Shown here one piece after another: positions 12,664 through 24,465 of a stretch of 64,000 nt of DNA. A model generated the notes under the pieces. It was not told the DNA's origin, did not search any database, and was given only the letters and a program-made list of their open reading frames with translations. The translations under genes and the position numbers were made by a program. Origin of the DNA: Octopus sinensis. Its lineage: Eukaryota. The stretch covers positions 7,006,001 through 7,070,000 of the forward strand of contig NC_043011.1 of the NCBI RefSeq assembly GCF_006345805.1, read 5' to 3'. Position 1 is the stretch's first letter; each line of letters begins with the position of its first letter.

Positions 12664-12803
12664 TTTTTCATCCACTGCCAAGTTCACTGGGCGCTTTTTG
12701 TTGATTTTACTAAATACTAGTCTTGCCAATGCAGGCTAACACCAGTCTTTGAGCCTGTTTAATCATATATGAATATATACACCCATATGTGTGTGTGTGT
12801 GTG

Positions 12804-12840
<37 letters not shown>

Positions 12841-13299
12841 TCACACACATATTAGCACATCTGCTGTCAAATAAGCGCATTGTGACCAGTGATGTGTAGC
12901 AACATCTGATAGCCTGGTCAGTCACGGTGAGATATATATATTCCCTCCATCACTATCAACATATATATATATACATACACACATGCACACAAACACATAC
13001 AGGAGGACAACAGAAAGTGTAGATGGTATTTTATACTTTATATAATGTACACTTGTTTCAGTAAGCCTAGCTACTGTTAATTAGATTGACCACCTTACAT
13101 AATTAATGGCAGTCGGCTTGTTGAAACCTGTGTATGTTACATAAAACATAAAACACTGGTTATGTTTTACTGTTTTATTTCCCTGTATGGTGGTGTGGAC
13201 CTTTGCACAACAATTTATTTGGAGTCATAACAGTTATTGTCAAACCATGTTGAACATAGCAGTGGAGTGTTGAAGTTATCTACCTTGCCTAATCCTTTT

Positions 13300-13680
13300 C
13301 ATAGCATGTCATGCTTTCCAGAGCATTTGAGCGTGATTGTTACCAGTGTCGCCTTACTGGCACTTGTGCCAGTGGTACGTGAAAAACATTCGAGCAAGAT
13401 CGTTGCCAGTGCCGCCGGACTGGCTCCTGTGCAGGTGGCACGTAAAAAACACCATTTGAGCATGGCCATTGCCAGTACTGCCTGATTAGCCCTCATGCCG
13501 GTGGCACATAAAAGCACCCACTACACTCTGAGTGGTTGGCATGTAGGAAGGGCATCCAGCTGTAGAAACTCTGCCAGATCAAACTGGAGCCTGATGCAGC
13601 CATCTGTTTCGCCAGTCCTCAGTCGAATCATCCAAGCCATGCTATCATGGAAAGCGGACATTAAACGATGATGATGATGA
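13300..13680 (+). mobile_element. RTE LINE 3' UTR fragment
   Basis: Modular GTGGCAC..AAAAGCAC subrepeats and an (ATG)n tail. Confidence 0.8.
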
Positions 13681-13689
13681 ATTTAGATA

Positions 13690-14212
13690 TAGGATAAAAT
13701 CTTTATAAGAATTTATCAAGTAGTCAGCATGAAAACCTTATAAGGGAAAAATTTATAATTATTCCCCTTAACACATATTTATTATATTAAGGGCATTACT
13801 ACACGTAAATGCCTCATGCTTTAAATTTAACCAGAATATATTCAGTGCTGAATTATTCTGAATATATACATGTACCGAGATGTAATTTGAAAAGCCCACT
13901 TCTTACATGGATATATAAGTGTGAACATTTTTTATGTGTTATGTTGGATACATTTGCTGTTTGTCCTGTATGTTGAATTTTGTTCATTTTTATGTGTTCT
14001 GATGTATGCCTGCACGGATGATTAGAAAGTGGATGATGTACACTATGAAATCATATGATTTGTGGCTGAATCTGTTTTTAAGAGACTACTTCCAAGTTGC
14101 GTTCCCTCACTGTTGGTACACTGTATATTTATTATGGTAGCTTTGACTTTGAGTCCCTCATAGCATGATGCATTTATGTGTAGTAATGCCCTTAATATAA
14201 TATAATATATAT
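13690..14212. mobile_element. Penelope-like inverted-arm element with degenerate hammerhead (14011-14064, +)
   Basis: ~40-bp inverted repeat 13781-13820 / 14162-14201; left arm homologous to 47211-47350; TGCA-CGGATGA-TTAG..CTAT-GAAA-TCA-ta-TGA-TT-TGTG. Confidence 0.55.
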
Positions 14213-14214
14213 AT

Positions 14215-14448
14215 GTGGAAGCGCAATGGCCCAGTGGTTAGGACAGCGGACTCGCGGTTTCGATTCCCAGACCGGGCGTTGTGAGTGTTTATTGAGCGAA
14301 AACACCTAAAGCTCCATGAGGCTCCAGTAGGGGGTGGTGGCAATCCCTGCTGTACTCTTTCGCCACAACTTTCTCTCACCCTTTCTTCTGTTGGCCTGCT
14401 CGCTTAGCCAGCAGGGTGTAGCAACATCTGATAGCCTGGTCAGTCACG

Positions 14449-14452
<4 letters not shown>
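14215..14452 (+). mobile_element. SINE family B (internally deleted) in (TA)n
   Basis: Homologous to 2192-2452. Confidence 0.85.
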
Positions 14453-14487
<35 letters not shown>

Positions 14488-14553
14488 CCTCCATCACTAT
14501 CAACATTTATAATGTTCAATCCACCATACTAACATAAGTGGTTGGGTTTTTAA

Positions 14554-14880
14554 CCCCTTACCTGGAAAAGACGAGTTAACTTGTCTTCACCCAATTTGTC
14601 TTTTCCAGAGTGCAACGAGTAAACTCGTCCGAAACATATAATTTCAAAAATGGCCACAGACGGGTTTATATGTCAGTTCTCAACATTTCTCGGTTCTTAT
14701 CTGTTTTTCAATTTTTTACAAATCATGCCCAGATGTTGATCTCAGAAGACAGCAATGAGTAGGAACCTTCTATTAAAAGCTTGGATACATCAGATGAGGG
14801 TTCAAGCTTGTCTGATAAAAAAAAAAATTCGCCTGATAATGAAGCATTTTCTCCAAAAAACAAAGTCGCAGGGGAAGGGG
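14554..14880. mobile_element. piggyBac-like MITE
   Basis: TTAA|CCCCTTACCTG ... CAGGGGAAGGGG|TTAA; perfect TTAA on both sides. Confidence 0.8.
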
Positions 14881-15007
14881 TTAATTTCAGTTACTCAGGC
14901 CAGTCCTTGCAGTGATACAAAACCAAAATCTTATAATTGAATAAAGGGTTCTTATAACATGTATGTTATCCTCTTTCCAGTTCCATCTCTCAAATAGAAA
15001 TGAAGAA

Positions 15008-15390
15008 GGCGCAGGAGTGGCTGTGTGGTAAGTAGCTTGCTAACCAACCACATGGTTCCGGGTTCAGTCCTACTGCGTGGCATCTTGGGCAAGTGTCTTC
15101 TGCTATAGCACCGGGCCGATCAATGCCTTGTGAGTGGATTTGGTAGACAGAAACTGAAAGAAGCCTGTCATATATATGTATCTGTGTGTCTGTGTTTGTC
15201 CCCCTAGCATTGCTTGACAACCGATGCTGGTGTGTTTACGTCCCCGTCACTTAGCGGTTCGGCAAAAGAGACCGATAGAATAAGTACTGGGCTTACAAAG
15301 AATAAGTCCCGGGGTCGATTTGCTCGACTAAAGGCGGTGCTCCAGCATGGCCACAGTCAAATGACTGAAACAAGTAAAAGAGTAAAGAGT
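15008..15390 (+). mobile_element. SINE family A, full length
   Basis: Near-identical to 2877-3272. Confidence 0.9.
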
Positions 15391-16024
15391 AATTTGAGTT
15401 CAAATTTAGATTTATTATTTGCATGCATGTAGGTAAAACATTGCTGGTGTATGTGAGTATCGGTGTGTGTGTGTTTTGGGCTGAAATGGAGGAATGACTA
15501 TCCTGGTGTCAGCAACAAAGTAATTTTTAAATAAGTTTTAATTTTTACTAGAATTTCTAAAATTCTGGTTTTAATGAAAGCATCAAAATTTTAATTTTGT
15601 TTCCGTTGCAATCATAATTGTTGATTATTTTCTCAATATTGTTAATGATAGTTCTTATTGCTAAATAAGCGCTTAAAGTACAGCAATTATTGTTGTTGTT
15701 GTTGTTATTATTATTACAAACAGCAGAATAGAAATCATTGTAATTATTATTATTGAAAACAGCAGAATAGGAATCAGCTTAATTTTTGAGGCGAAGCTTT
15801 GTGTGTGTGTGTGTGTGTGTGTGAATAGATACAAATGTGTATAAGTATAGATATGTGCAAGTTACAATGAGGAAGTTAAGCAAAATACGTTTGGTGATTC
15901 TAATAAACAGAACTATGATGAAATTCTTTCTGTCACAAATTGGCCTTGAGTTATTTTTTTCTATTTCATATTTGATAAAGGGAAGACTTCCTGAAATATA
16001 AACGCCCCTGCCCCTGTTTATAAT

Positions 16025-16345
16025 TTCCTTGTCTTGCGAGGTACTTGGTTACCCTGCCACTTCTGGTGCCACATTAAAAGCATCCAGTCAACTCTGTAAC
16101 ATGGTTGGCATTCGGAAGAGCATCCAGCTGTAAAGATCATGCCAAAGCTAACCTCACCTGTCCTAGCATCATGTAAAAATCAGAGTCCACTCTGAGGAGT
16201 GGTTGGTGTTAGGAAGGACATCCAGCCATAAAAACCCTGCCAAAACTGACACAGTGGCCTAGGTAGATTTTTCTACCTGGCCAGCTCCTGTCATCCGTCT
16301 TACCCATGCATGTATGGAAGATGGAAGTTCAGTGATGATGATGAT
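16025..16345 (+). mobile_element. Older RTE-related 3' repeat; uninterrupted paralog of the RTE target site
   Basis: AAAGCTAACCTCACCTGTCCTAGCATCATGTAAAAA joins the two flanks (18141-18164 and 21875-22055) of the long RTE. Confidence 0.7.
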
Positions 16346-16589
16346 AATAGCATTAAGTAAGGATGTATTGTGTGTGCGTAAAAGGCATGTGCTAGTGACA
16401 CATAAAAGGCAGCCATGCCGGTGACCTATAACGAGCACCCACTACACTCTCAGGGTGGATGGCATTAGGAAGGGCATCCAGCTGTAGGAACGAAGCCAAA
16501 ATCAGACTGGAGCCTCGTACAGTTTTCCGGCCTTACCAGATCCAGTCAAACCATCTAAGCATGGAAAACGAATGCTAAGTTATGATTAT

Positions 16590-16755
16590 ATATTTTTTCA
16601 CACACTTTTTCTCTCCTTGTTTTTTCTGTGTCCCTTTCTGTAGAAGAGCGTAGGCTCGAAACGTAAAAGACTTTTTCAATTCCTGAGCGTTATACTAATA
16701 CATCTGTTTGCTTTGTACATCACCTGTCTTCGTCTTTTGTTTTTTTATGAACTCT

Positions 16756-16759
<4 letters not shown>
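16590..16759 (+). mobile_element. Penelope-like terminal fragment with minimal hammerhead (16634-16669) before (TA)n
   Basis: CTTT-CTGTAGA-A-GAGC-gtag-GCTC-GAAA-CG-TA-AAAG; palindromic ACGT stem III. Confidence 0.65.
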
Positions 16760-16816
<57 letters not shown>

Positions 16817-17923
16817 TATGTGCATGTGTGTGAGTGAGTGAAGCTGTATGCATGTTTGACAGTGCAATGAAGACTCTCTAGTAGCCATCGTTAAGGATGA
16901 CCAAGGAGTCCCGAGGTGACTTTAAATGAAGAAGAGTTGTGCACTATCAGCCCCACCCTCTTGTCCAGCAGCAAGACCACATCAAGATGGCTTACTTGTT
17001 CCAGCTTGCTCTCTGCACTCTACAATGTGTTGCTGCAATTTCCTTGCCCTGCATTGAACTCTGAGGGTGCATGTGTGCATCTTTTAAGCTCCAACATGGC
17101 TTGACAACTGGTGCTGGTGTGTTTACATCTCTGTAACTTAGCAGTTCAGCAAAAGAGAGCGAATGGGTAAGTACTGGGATTGATTTCTTCTACAAAGAAA
17201 CCTTCAGGGCAATGCTCCATCATGGCCGTAGTCTGACCGAAACAAGTAAAGAATAAAAGATTGTGTGTGTGTGTGTACACCATCATTCAACATTCACTTT
17301 CCATGCTGGCATGGGTTAGAGGGTTCAATAGCAAGTGCTACACTAGGCTTCGATTGTGTGTTTTAGCACGGTTTCTAATGCCAACCACTTTACAGAGCGC
17401 ACCGAGTACTTTTTACATGGCATCAGCACGTGTGTGTGCGCGTATACATAGTATACCTATAGTTCTGCTATATATGAAAACGATGTGTTTAGCAAGCTAT
17501 GTTTTGGCATGTAAAGCGTTCATGTGGCAGATGTTGGTCGGCCATACTAACTCAGCTAAAAGTATGACCGGTTAATTGCAACTACTTAAATCTTGGAAAA
17601 TGCAAAACTAGTTATCCAGTGTTTCAATACACAAATATGACAATCTACACACCTACAAACACAGGTGGGTATTGTACCGTTTACAGTTGAGGGTGGAAAG
17701 CACAAATAGCATTATTGATGCATTGTTTAGTCATTAGTTGTCCTTTCTGTTGCTAATCTTTATTTGTTTTTCAAGTGATTTTGTGTGCTAGATTCACTCG
17801 CAAAATTTTGGTCAGTTCAGGGCCACAGCAGAAGACACTAATTCTAGCCGTTGGTCAATCTGTAGGAGAAGTCATAATTGGGAAGGAAATTTCTTTACCA
17901 TACAGCCATGTCCATAATGTGTG

Positions 17924-17961
<38 letters not shown>

Positions 17962-18448
17962 CACTTCTCTCTTTGTTACATTCTAACCTTTCATTGTCTG
18001 ATGCAAGTTCCCCTCCTCAAATGACCTGCCCCTCTCATAATCCCTTGTCTTATGAGTTACTTGGTTACCCTGCCAGTGCTGGTGCCATGTTAAAGGCATC
18101 CAGTTCACACTGTGAAGTGGCTGGCATTTGGAAGGACATCAAAGCTAACCTCACCTGTGCTAGTCATCATCATCATCATCGTCGTTTAACGTCCGTTCTC
18201 CATGCTAGCATGGGTTGGACGGTTCGACCGGGGTTCTGGGAAGCCAGAAGGCTGCACCAGGCTCCAGTCTAATTTGGCAATGTTTCTACAGCTGGATGCC
18301 CTTCCTAACGCCAACCACTCCGTGAGTGTAGTGGGTGCTATTTACGTGCCACCTGCACAGGTGCCAGGCGGGGCTGGCAACGGCCACGGTCAGATTGGTG
18401 TATTTTATGTGCCACCGGCACGGAAGCCAGTCGAGGCGGTGCTGGCAT

Positions 18449-18900
18449 CGGCCACGAGTCGGATAGTGCTTTTTACGTACCACCAGACCAGGGATCCTGG
18501 CTGGTTCAATTCGATTTCGATTTCGATTTCGCTTGCCCCAACATGTCTTCACAAGCAAAGGGGGTTGGCAAGGGTGCCTGTCGTACGGTCGCATTGGAGT
18601 ATTTTACGTGCCACGGCCACGAGTCGGATAGTGCTTTTTACGTACCACCAGACCAGGGATCCTGGCTGGTTCAATTCGATTTCGATTCGCTTGCCCCAAC
18701 ATGTCTTCACAAGCAAAGGGGGTTGGCATGGGTGCCTGTCGTACGGTCGCATTGGAGTATTTTACGTGCCACGGCCCCGAGTCGGATAGTGCTTTTTACG
18801 TACCACCAGGCCAGGGATCCTGGCTGGTTCAATTCGGTTTCGATTTCGATTTCGCTTGCCCCAACATGTCTTCGCAAGCATGGGGGGTTGGGATGGGTGT
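18449..18900. repeat. ~160-bp tandem repeat (about 2.8 units) in the RTE 3' UTR
   Basis: Units start at 18449, 18614 and 18772 (CGGCCACGAGTCGGATAGTGC...). Confidence 0.9.
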
Positions 18901-18990
18901 CTGTCGTCGGATGAGGTTCTATATCGACTTCGCTTGCCTCAACCGGTCTTTGTGTCCAAGGGAGGAAAGGCATTCATAAGTGGGCTGGGC

Positions 18991-21875
18991 TCACTTGTCC
19001 TGCCTGGTCTTCTCACGTACAGAATATTTCCAAAGGTCTCGGTCTCTGGTCATTTCCTCAGTGAGGCCTAAAGTTCGAAGGTCGTGCTTCACCACACCTC
19101 GTCCCAGGTTTTCCTGGGTCTACCTCTTCCACGGGTTCCCTCAACTGCTAGGGATTGGCACTTTCTCACACACCTATCTTCATCCATTCTCGCCACATGA
19201 CCATACCAGCGCAATCGTCTCTCTTGCACACCACAACTGATGCTTCTTAGGTACAACATTTCTCTCAAGGTGCTAACGCTCTGTCGAGTATGTACACTGA
19301 CATTACACATCCATCGGAGCATACTGGCTTCATTCCTCACGAGCTTACGCATGTCCTCAGCAGTCACAGCCCATGTTTCGCTGCCATGTAGCATGGCTGT
19401 TCGTACACACGCATCATACAGTCTGCCTTTTACTCTGAGCGAGAGGCCTTTAGTCACCAGCAGAGGTAAGAGCTCCCTAAACTTTGCCCAGGCTATTCTT
19501 ATTCTAGCAGTTACACTTTCAGCGCACCCACCCCCACTACTGACTTGGTCACCTAGATAACGGAAGCTATCAACTACTTCTAGTTTTTCCCCCTGGAAAG
19601 TGACGGAAGTTGTTTTCTGCAGATTTTCGGAGGTTAATGCTCCCGAGCATCTGCCACATACAAAAACTATCTTCCCAGTTAGCCTACCTTTGACATTGCT
19701 GCACCTCTTATGTGTCCATAGCTTACACTGGGTACATCTTATAGAGTTTCTACCTACACCTTTTCTACAGATCGAGCAGGGCCATCTTCCTGAAGATATT
19801 TGTGGATTGTCTACCTTTCTACTTATTAGTACTTTGGTTTTAGCTAGGTTGACTCTAAGGCCCCTTGATTCTAAACCCTCCTTCCACACCTGGAACTTCT
19901 CCTCCAGTTCTGATAGTGACTCAGCAATAAGAGCAAGGTCGTCAGCGTAGAGGAGCTCCCAGGGACAGCCTGTCTTGAATTCCTCCGTAATTGCCTGGAG
20001 TACTATGATAAATAGGAGGGGGCTGAGTACTGAACCCTGGTGGACCCCAACCTCTACTTTGAATTCTTCTGTGTACATGTTGCCAACCCTAACCTTACTT
20101 ACGGCATCTCTGTACATGGCTTGCACAGTCCTCACCAGCCATTCATCTATCCCTAGTTTCCTCATTGACCACCAGATAAGGGATCGGGGGACCCTATCAA
20201 AGGCTTTCTCCATGTCAACGAAAGCCAGGTACAGGGGCTTATCTTTGGCTAGGTATTTCTCCTGCAGCTGCCTTACCAGGAATATAGCATCAGTGGTACT
20301 TTTTCCTGGCACGAACCCAAACTGCATCTCATCTAAACTAACTCTCTCTCTAATTAGTTGGGCTATGACCCTCTCCGTAACCTTCATTACTTGATCCAAC
20401 AGCTTGATACCTCTGTAATTATTTGTATCTAGGGCATCACCTTTACCTTTGTAGCAGTTGACTAGTATGCTGCTGCACCAGTCATTGGGTATGACTCCTT
20501 CGTGTATCACCTGGTTGACTATACGGGTGACTAGGTTATAGCCGACACTGCCAGATATTTTGAGCATCTCTGCAGTAATTCCTGATGGGCCTGGGGCTTT
20601 CCCTGTCTTCATGCTTCTAATTGCCTTAGCTACCACGGAACTATCAACTCGGATAGCTGGTCCCTCTGTAGGGTCAACATTCGGCAGACTCTCTTTATCC
20701 CATTCATTTTCCTCATTCAGTAACCTTTCATAGTGGCGTCTCCAAGCTTCTCTCTTGCATCCATCCTCATTTAGCGCAAGTGAACCATCCTCCATGCGAA
20801 CACATTTCTCTCCTACCACATCACGATTCTCTCTCACACACTGTCTTGCAACACGAAATACCTCAAGTCTTTCATCCTCACGGCGCAGGACATTGGCAAA
20901 TTTTCTCTTATCTGCTTCCCCTCTGGCTAGATAGACCTGTCTCCTAGCTTCCCTTCTGGCAGTCTGATACCCTTCCCTGCTACCACCGTTCTTCCAGGCC
21001 TTCCAAGCCTGTTTCTTTTGTCTAATAGCCCTGTCAACAATATTGTTCCACCACCACGTTATTTTGGGTCTTAAGGGGACTTTGCACCAGCCACAGATCT
21101 GGTCAGCGGCTTTCAGCAGGTTGTCCCTCAGAAACGTCCAGTTGTCTTCTACCCCATGTGTAGCTATACCCCCTTCCACTTCGTCAAAGGCTTCAAGTAA
21201 CATATCTCTAAATCTCTGTCCATTCGCAGGGGCTTTAAGCTTCCAGACCCTTCTTCTCCATGTTGGTCGTCTTCTAGTCGCCCTCTTAGTCCTGATCCTA
21301 AAGTCACTAACTACCAGTCTATGTTGTGGGGTGCATTCTTCGCCTGGGAAGGTTTTGGCATTTTTAAGCAGCCATCTTTCCCTTTTTCTGGCAAGGATGT
21401 AGTCGATTTGGCTAGTATGCCGGCCCGATCGGTAGGTGACCATGTGGCTTGTTTGTTTCCTGAAGTTAGTGTTGCAGACCATAAGACTATTCGCATCGCA
21501 GAACTCCAGCAGCCTGGTTCCCTCCTCGTTGCGGGAACCATAACCGTAGCCTCCATGTACGCCATGGAAGCCCCCAGCATGTCGTCCAACATGCCCATTG
21601 AAATCACCAGCCACAAAGAGAAGGTCCCTGTCGTTCGTCGATGAGGTGGTCTGCAGTAGGGTGTCATAGAAACTGTCTTTCTGTCCATCGGGTAGCCCTG
21701 GCTGAGGGGCATAGGCCGATATAATGGTTGCTAATCTATTATGAAGCACTATTCTAATCTTAAGTATTCTGTCACTTACTCTGATTACCTCAATTACTCT
21801 ATCTATCCATTTCTCAGCGATAATTATACCCACGCCACCAACCCCGTCAGTGTTCCCTGCCCAGAAAATCTTGTA
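18991..21875 (-). pseudogene. RTE ORF: APE endonuclease (N-terminally truncated), reverse transcriptase, PHD-type finger
   Basis: SAYAPQ, AGDFNGH, SQIDY, QHRLV (APE); NYRGIKLL, FVDMEKAFDRV, GVHQGSVLSPLLF, YADD (RT); GRGRPRKTW. A 2-bp insertion near 19095 shifts off the tail KHDLRTLGLTEEMTRDRDLWKYSVREKTRQDK*, which ends at 18991. Confidence 0.95.
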
Positions 21876-22362
21876 CCTGTGTCTAGTATCGTGTAAAAAG
21901 CTCTGAGTCCACTCTGAGGAGTGGTTGGTGTTAGGAAGGACATCCAGCTGTAAAAACCCTGCCAAAACAGACACAGTAGCCTTGGGTAGATTTTCTACCT
22001 GGCTGGCTGTCAACCATCCTACCCATTATTGCAAGGAAGATGGATGTTAAATGATGATAGATAGGTGTGTGTGTGTATATCATCCTTATCATTGTTTTAG
22101 TCTCTGCTTTTTCATGCTTGCATGGGTCAGATGGAATTTGTTGAGACAGATTTTTTTTATGGCTGGATGCCCTTCCAGTTTTCAACTTTCACCTGTCTCC
22201 AATGAAGGTAATATTTCCTTCAAGACCAGACGTGTTTTTTACAGAAGAATCAAAATGGACAGCATGTGCTTGATGGTGACATCCATTTACAAGAAGCATG
22301 GAGGCAGTAACATAAACATACACATTCACATATTCATCCATACGTGTGTCTATATATACATA

Positions 22363-22653
22363 TAAAATAAACAGGGGTAAAAGAGTATTTATAGCTAAAA
22401 CCGTAAGTCCAGAAATAAACCGGAAGGGGTCAATACTGCCACTACCGAGAAAATAACAACTTCCTCTTTAAGAGCACGTGTGTTTGAAAAGGTTAAACAA
22501 AAGCACTCACACACTAGAAGAAAAAAAATACTCCCTCCCGAAAATGGTTAGTAACATCCGCATAATAGATTTCATAACATTTTCTTTTTAATCACCTGTA
22601 CACTTCAAAGTTAAGTAACTCTCTGAATTAAGTCTTTCTCATAGCCTTTCAAA
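22363..22653 (-). mobile_element. Possible Penelope-like fragment between (TA) tracts with a very degenerate hammerhead
   Basis: Minus strand TGTA-CAGGTGA-TTAA..TTAT-GAAA-TCTAT-TA-TGCG (~22559-22601). Confidence 0.3.
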
Positions 22654-22680
22654 CATATATATATATATATATATATAAAT

Positions 22681-23069
22681 ATATATATAAAGCTGAAGTT
22701 GTCTGTGTGTGGCAGGTTTGGTAGCCTTCAACTAACACTATCTCCTCCGAGACCCTGCAGTACAAGTTGACCAAAATTGAGAGTATGATAGAAGAAGGCT
22801 TGCTCTTCCTTTCGTAGCAGAAAAATTTCAAATCAGACCATGTTAACACAAAAATTATTTACATCAAAAAGGTGCTTTTTTTTTTCTATGAAAATCCCAA
22901 TTTTTTACGATTTATTTTTACTGTTGTGTCGCCATTTTTTGGTGTATTTTAACCAGAAAAATGTACACTTAAAGAGAATAATGAGAATAATGCAAAATTT
23001 TTACTTTTCAAAAATTCCAATTCTAAAGGGTCGAAATAAAACCCGAGCAATGCTAGGCGATACTGCTAG
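22681..23069 (+). mobile_element. Non-autonomous Helitron
   Basis: 5' TATATATAAAGCTGAAGTTGTCTGTGTGT; 3' degenerate hairpin ACCCGAGCAATGCTAGGC followed by CTAG|T. Confidence 0.7.
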
Positions 23070-23095
23070 TATATATATATATATATATATATATA

Positions 23096-23310
23096 GTAAA
23101 TCCCCAAAAAAGAACAAACACAAAAACCAACAATGCAAGGTTGTGGTACATGCAAAGTATTAGCAGATGCTCAGGGAAGGAAAGAAAGATGGTTTAATGT
23201 TTTGAGCAGACGCTCTTCTTCAGAAACAGAGGAAAGTCCAATAGAAAGTAAGACAGAGGAAGAAAATCGCCAACGATTCACATGTGGTTACATTTTGAAA
23301 AATAAAATGT
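23096..23310 (-). mobile_element. Penelope-like terminal fragment with minimal hammerhead (23192-23227), flanked by (TA)n
   Basis: Minus strand GTTT-CTGAAGA-A-GAGC-gtct-GCTC-AAAA-CA-TT-AAAC (G12 lost, consistent with CpG decay); homolog of 3619-3852. Confidence 0.6.
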
Positions 23311-23313
23311 GTG

Positions 23314-23344
<31 letters not shown>

Positions 23345-23356
<12 letters not shown>

Positions 23357-23976
23357 TCTGAAATGCGAAAAGTTTGTTTGTTTGTCTGGTTTGGGCATTG
23401 AGAACGGGTTAAAGGCCACTAGATCCCGTCGGATTGACTCCAAAATTTACAGGAACATGTAAAATGAGGTGAGGATGCGAGTGAGCTAGGTTAGAAATCC
23501 CCATCTTAAAAGGTGTCATTGCTAGGGCCAAAAACGCACTTTGACAAGTCTACTCTCATTCTTTTATGCATCTGTCTTCCTCCATCACTCACTCTCTTTC
23601 CTCCCTTCCTTTTACAATCTATCTGTGACGTCGTTTCACAGCGTCTACCTCCCTTACCTCCATTTTCTCTCTATAACGTCGTTCCACAGCGTCCTATCCC
23701 CCCACTGCCTTCGACAGCGCTTTCACAATCTATCTCTACGTCTGTCTGCATTCATAGAGAGAATTATCATCGACACCACCACCACACAATCATGAGAACA
23801 AATATTATGTCAGATATTTATTGGGTTAATTTATATATGTGTGTGTGTTCTATATATATAAATATGTATATATAATGTATATATACAAAGTGTATATATC
23901 TGTATTTATTTATTTATATATAATTTGTATACATTTATATATACACACACCACACTTAAGGGTCACCTTAAGCTAG
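23345..23976 (+). mobile_element. Non-autonomous Helitron (second family)
   Basis: 5' TATAATTCTGAAATGCGAAAAGTTTGTTTGTTTGTC; 3' hairpin CTTAAGG-gtca-CCTTAAG followed by CTAG|T. Confidence 0.7.
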
Positions 23977-24220
23977 TATATATATATATACTTTTTATCT
24001 TATATTAAACTTTTTAATACTTTTTGGTAGTTATATATATTTAATAAAAAAAAAATATATATATATATATATAAAAATTTATAAATATAAATTAATAATT
24101 TTAATTTTAAATTTAAATAATTTTAATTTTTATATTTTATATATTTTGTATATTATATTAATTATTTTTATTTTTTGGTTTGCCTAATAATGGTTTTATC
24201 TCTAATTTAATTTATATATA

Positions 24221-24465
24221 ATCATCATCATCGTTTAACGTCCGCTTTCCATGCTAGCATGGGTTGGACGGTTCAACTGGGGTCTGGCAAGCTCGAAGGC
24301 TGCACCAGGCCAGTCAGATCTGGCAGTGTTTCTACAGCTGGATGCCCTTCCTAACGCCAACCACTCCGAGAGTGTAGTGGGTGATTTTATGTGCCACCGA
24401 CACAGGTGCCAGACGAGGCTGGCAGACGGCCACGCTCGGATGGTGATTTTATGTGCCACCGACAC
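24221..24465 (-). mobile_element. RTE LINE 3' UTR fragment
   Basis: High similarity to 18165-18420. Confidence 0.85.

Larger units (their letters stand above)
18165..21875 (-). mobile_element. Young 5'-truncated RTE-clade LINE
   Basis: APE + RT ORF, ~830-bp 3' UTR, (ATG)n tail, probable TSD ACCTGTGCTAGT / ACCTGTGTCTAGT. Confidence 0.95.

Noticed and set aside
14612-14640. ACGAGTAAACTCGTCCGAAAC hairpin + GAAA
   Set aside because: Subterminal palindrome of the piggyBac-like MITE; no catalytic core.
19240-21712. Overlapping antisense and alternate-frame ORFs in the RTE
   Set aside because: Shadow ORFs of the RT coding sequence.
21876-22013. N-terminus of the 974-aa ORF
   Set aside because: Lies outside the probable TSD, in an older repeat, and has no ATG start; chance read-through.
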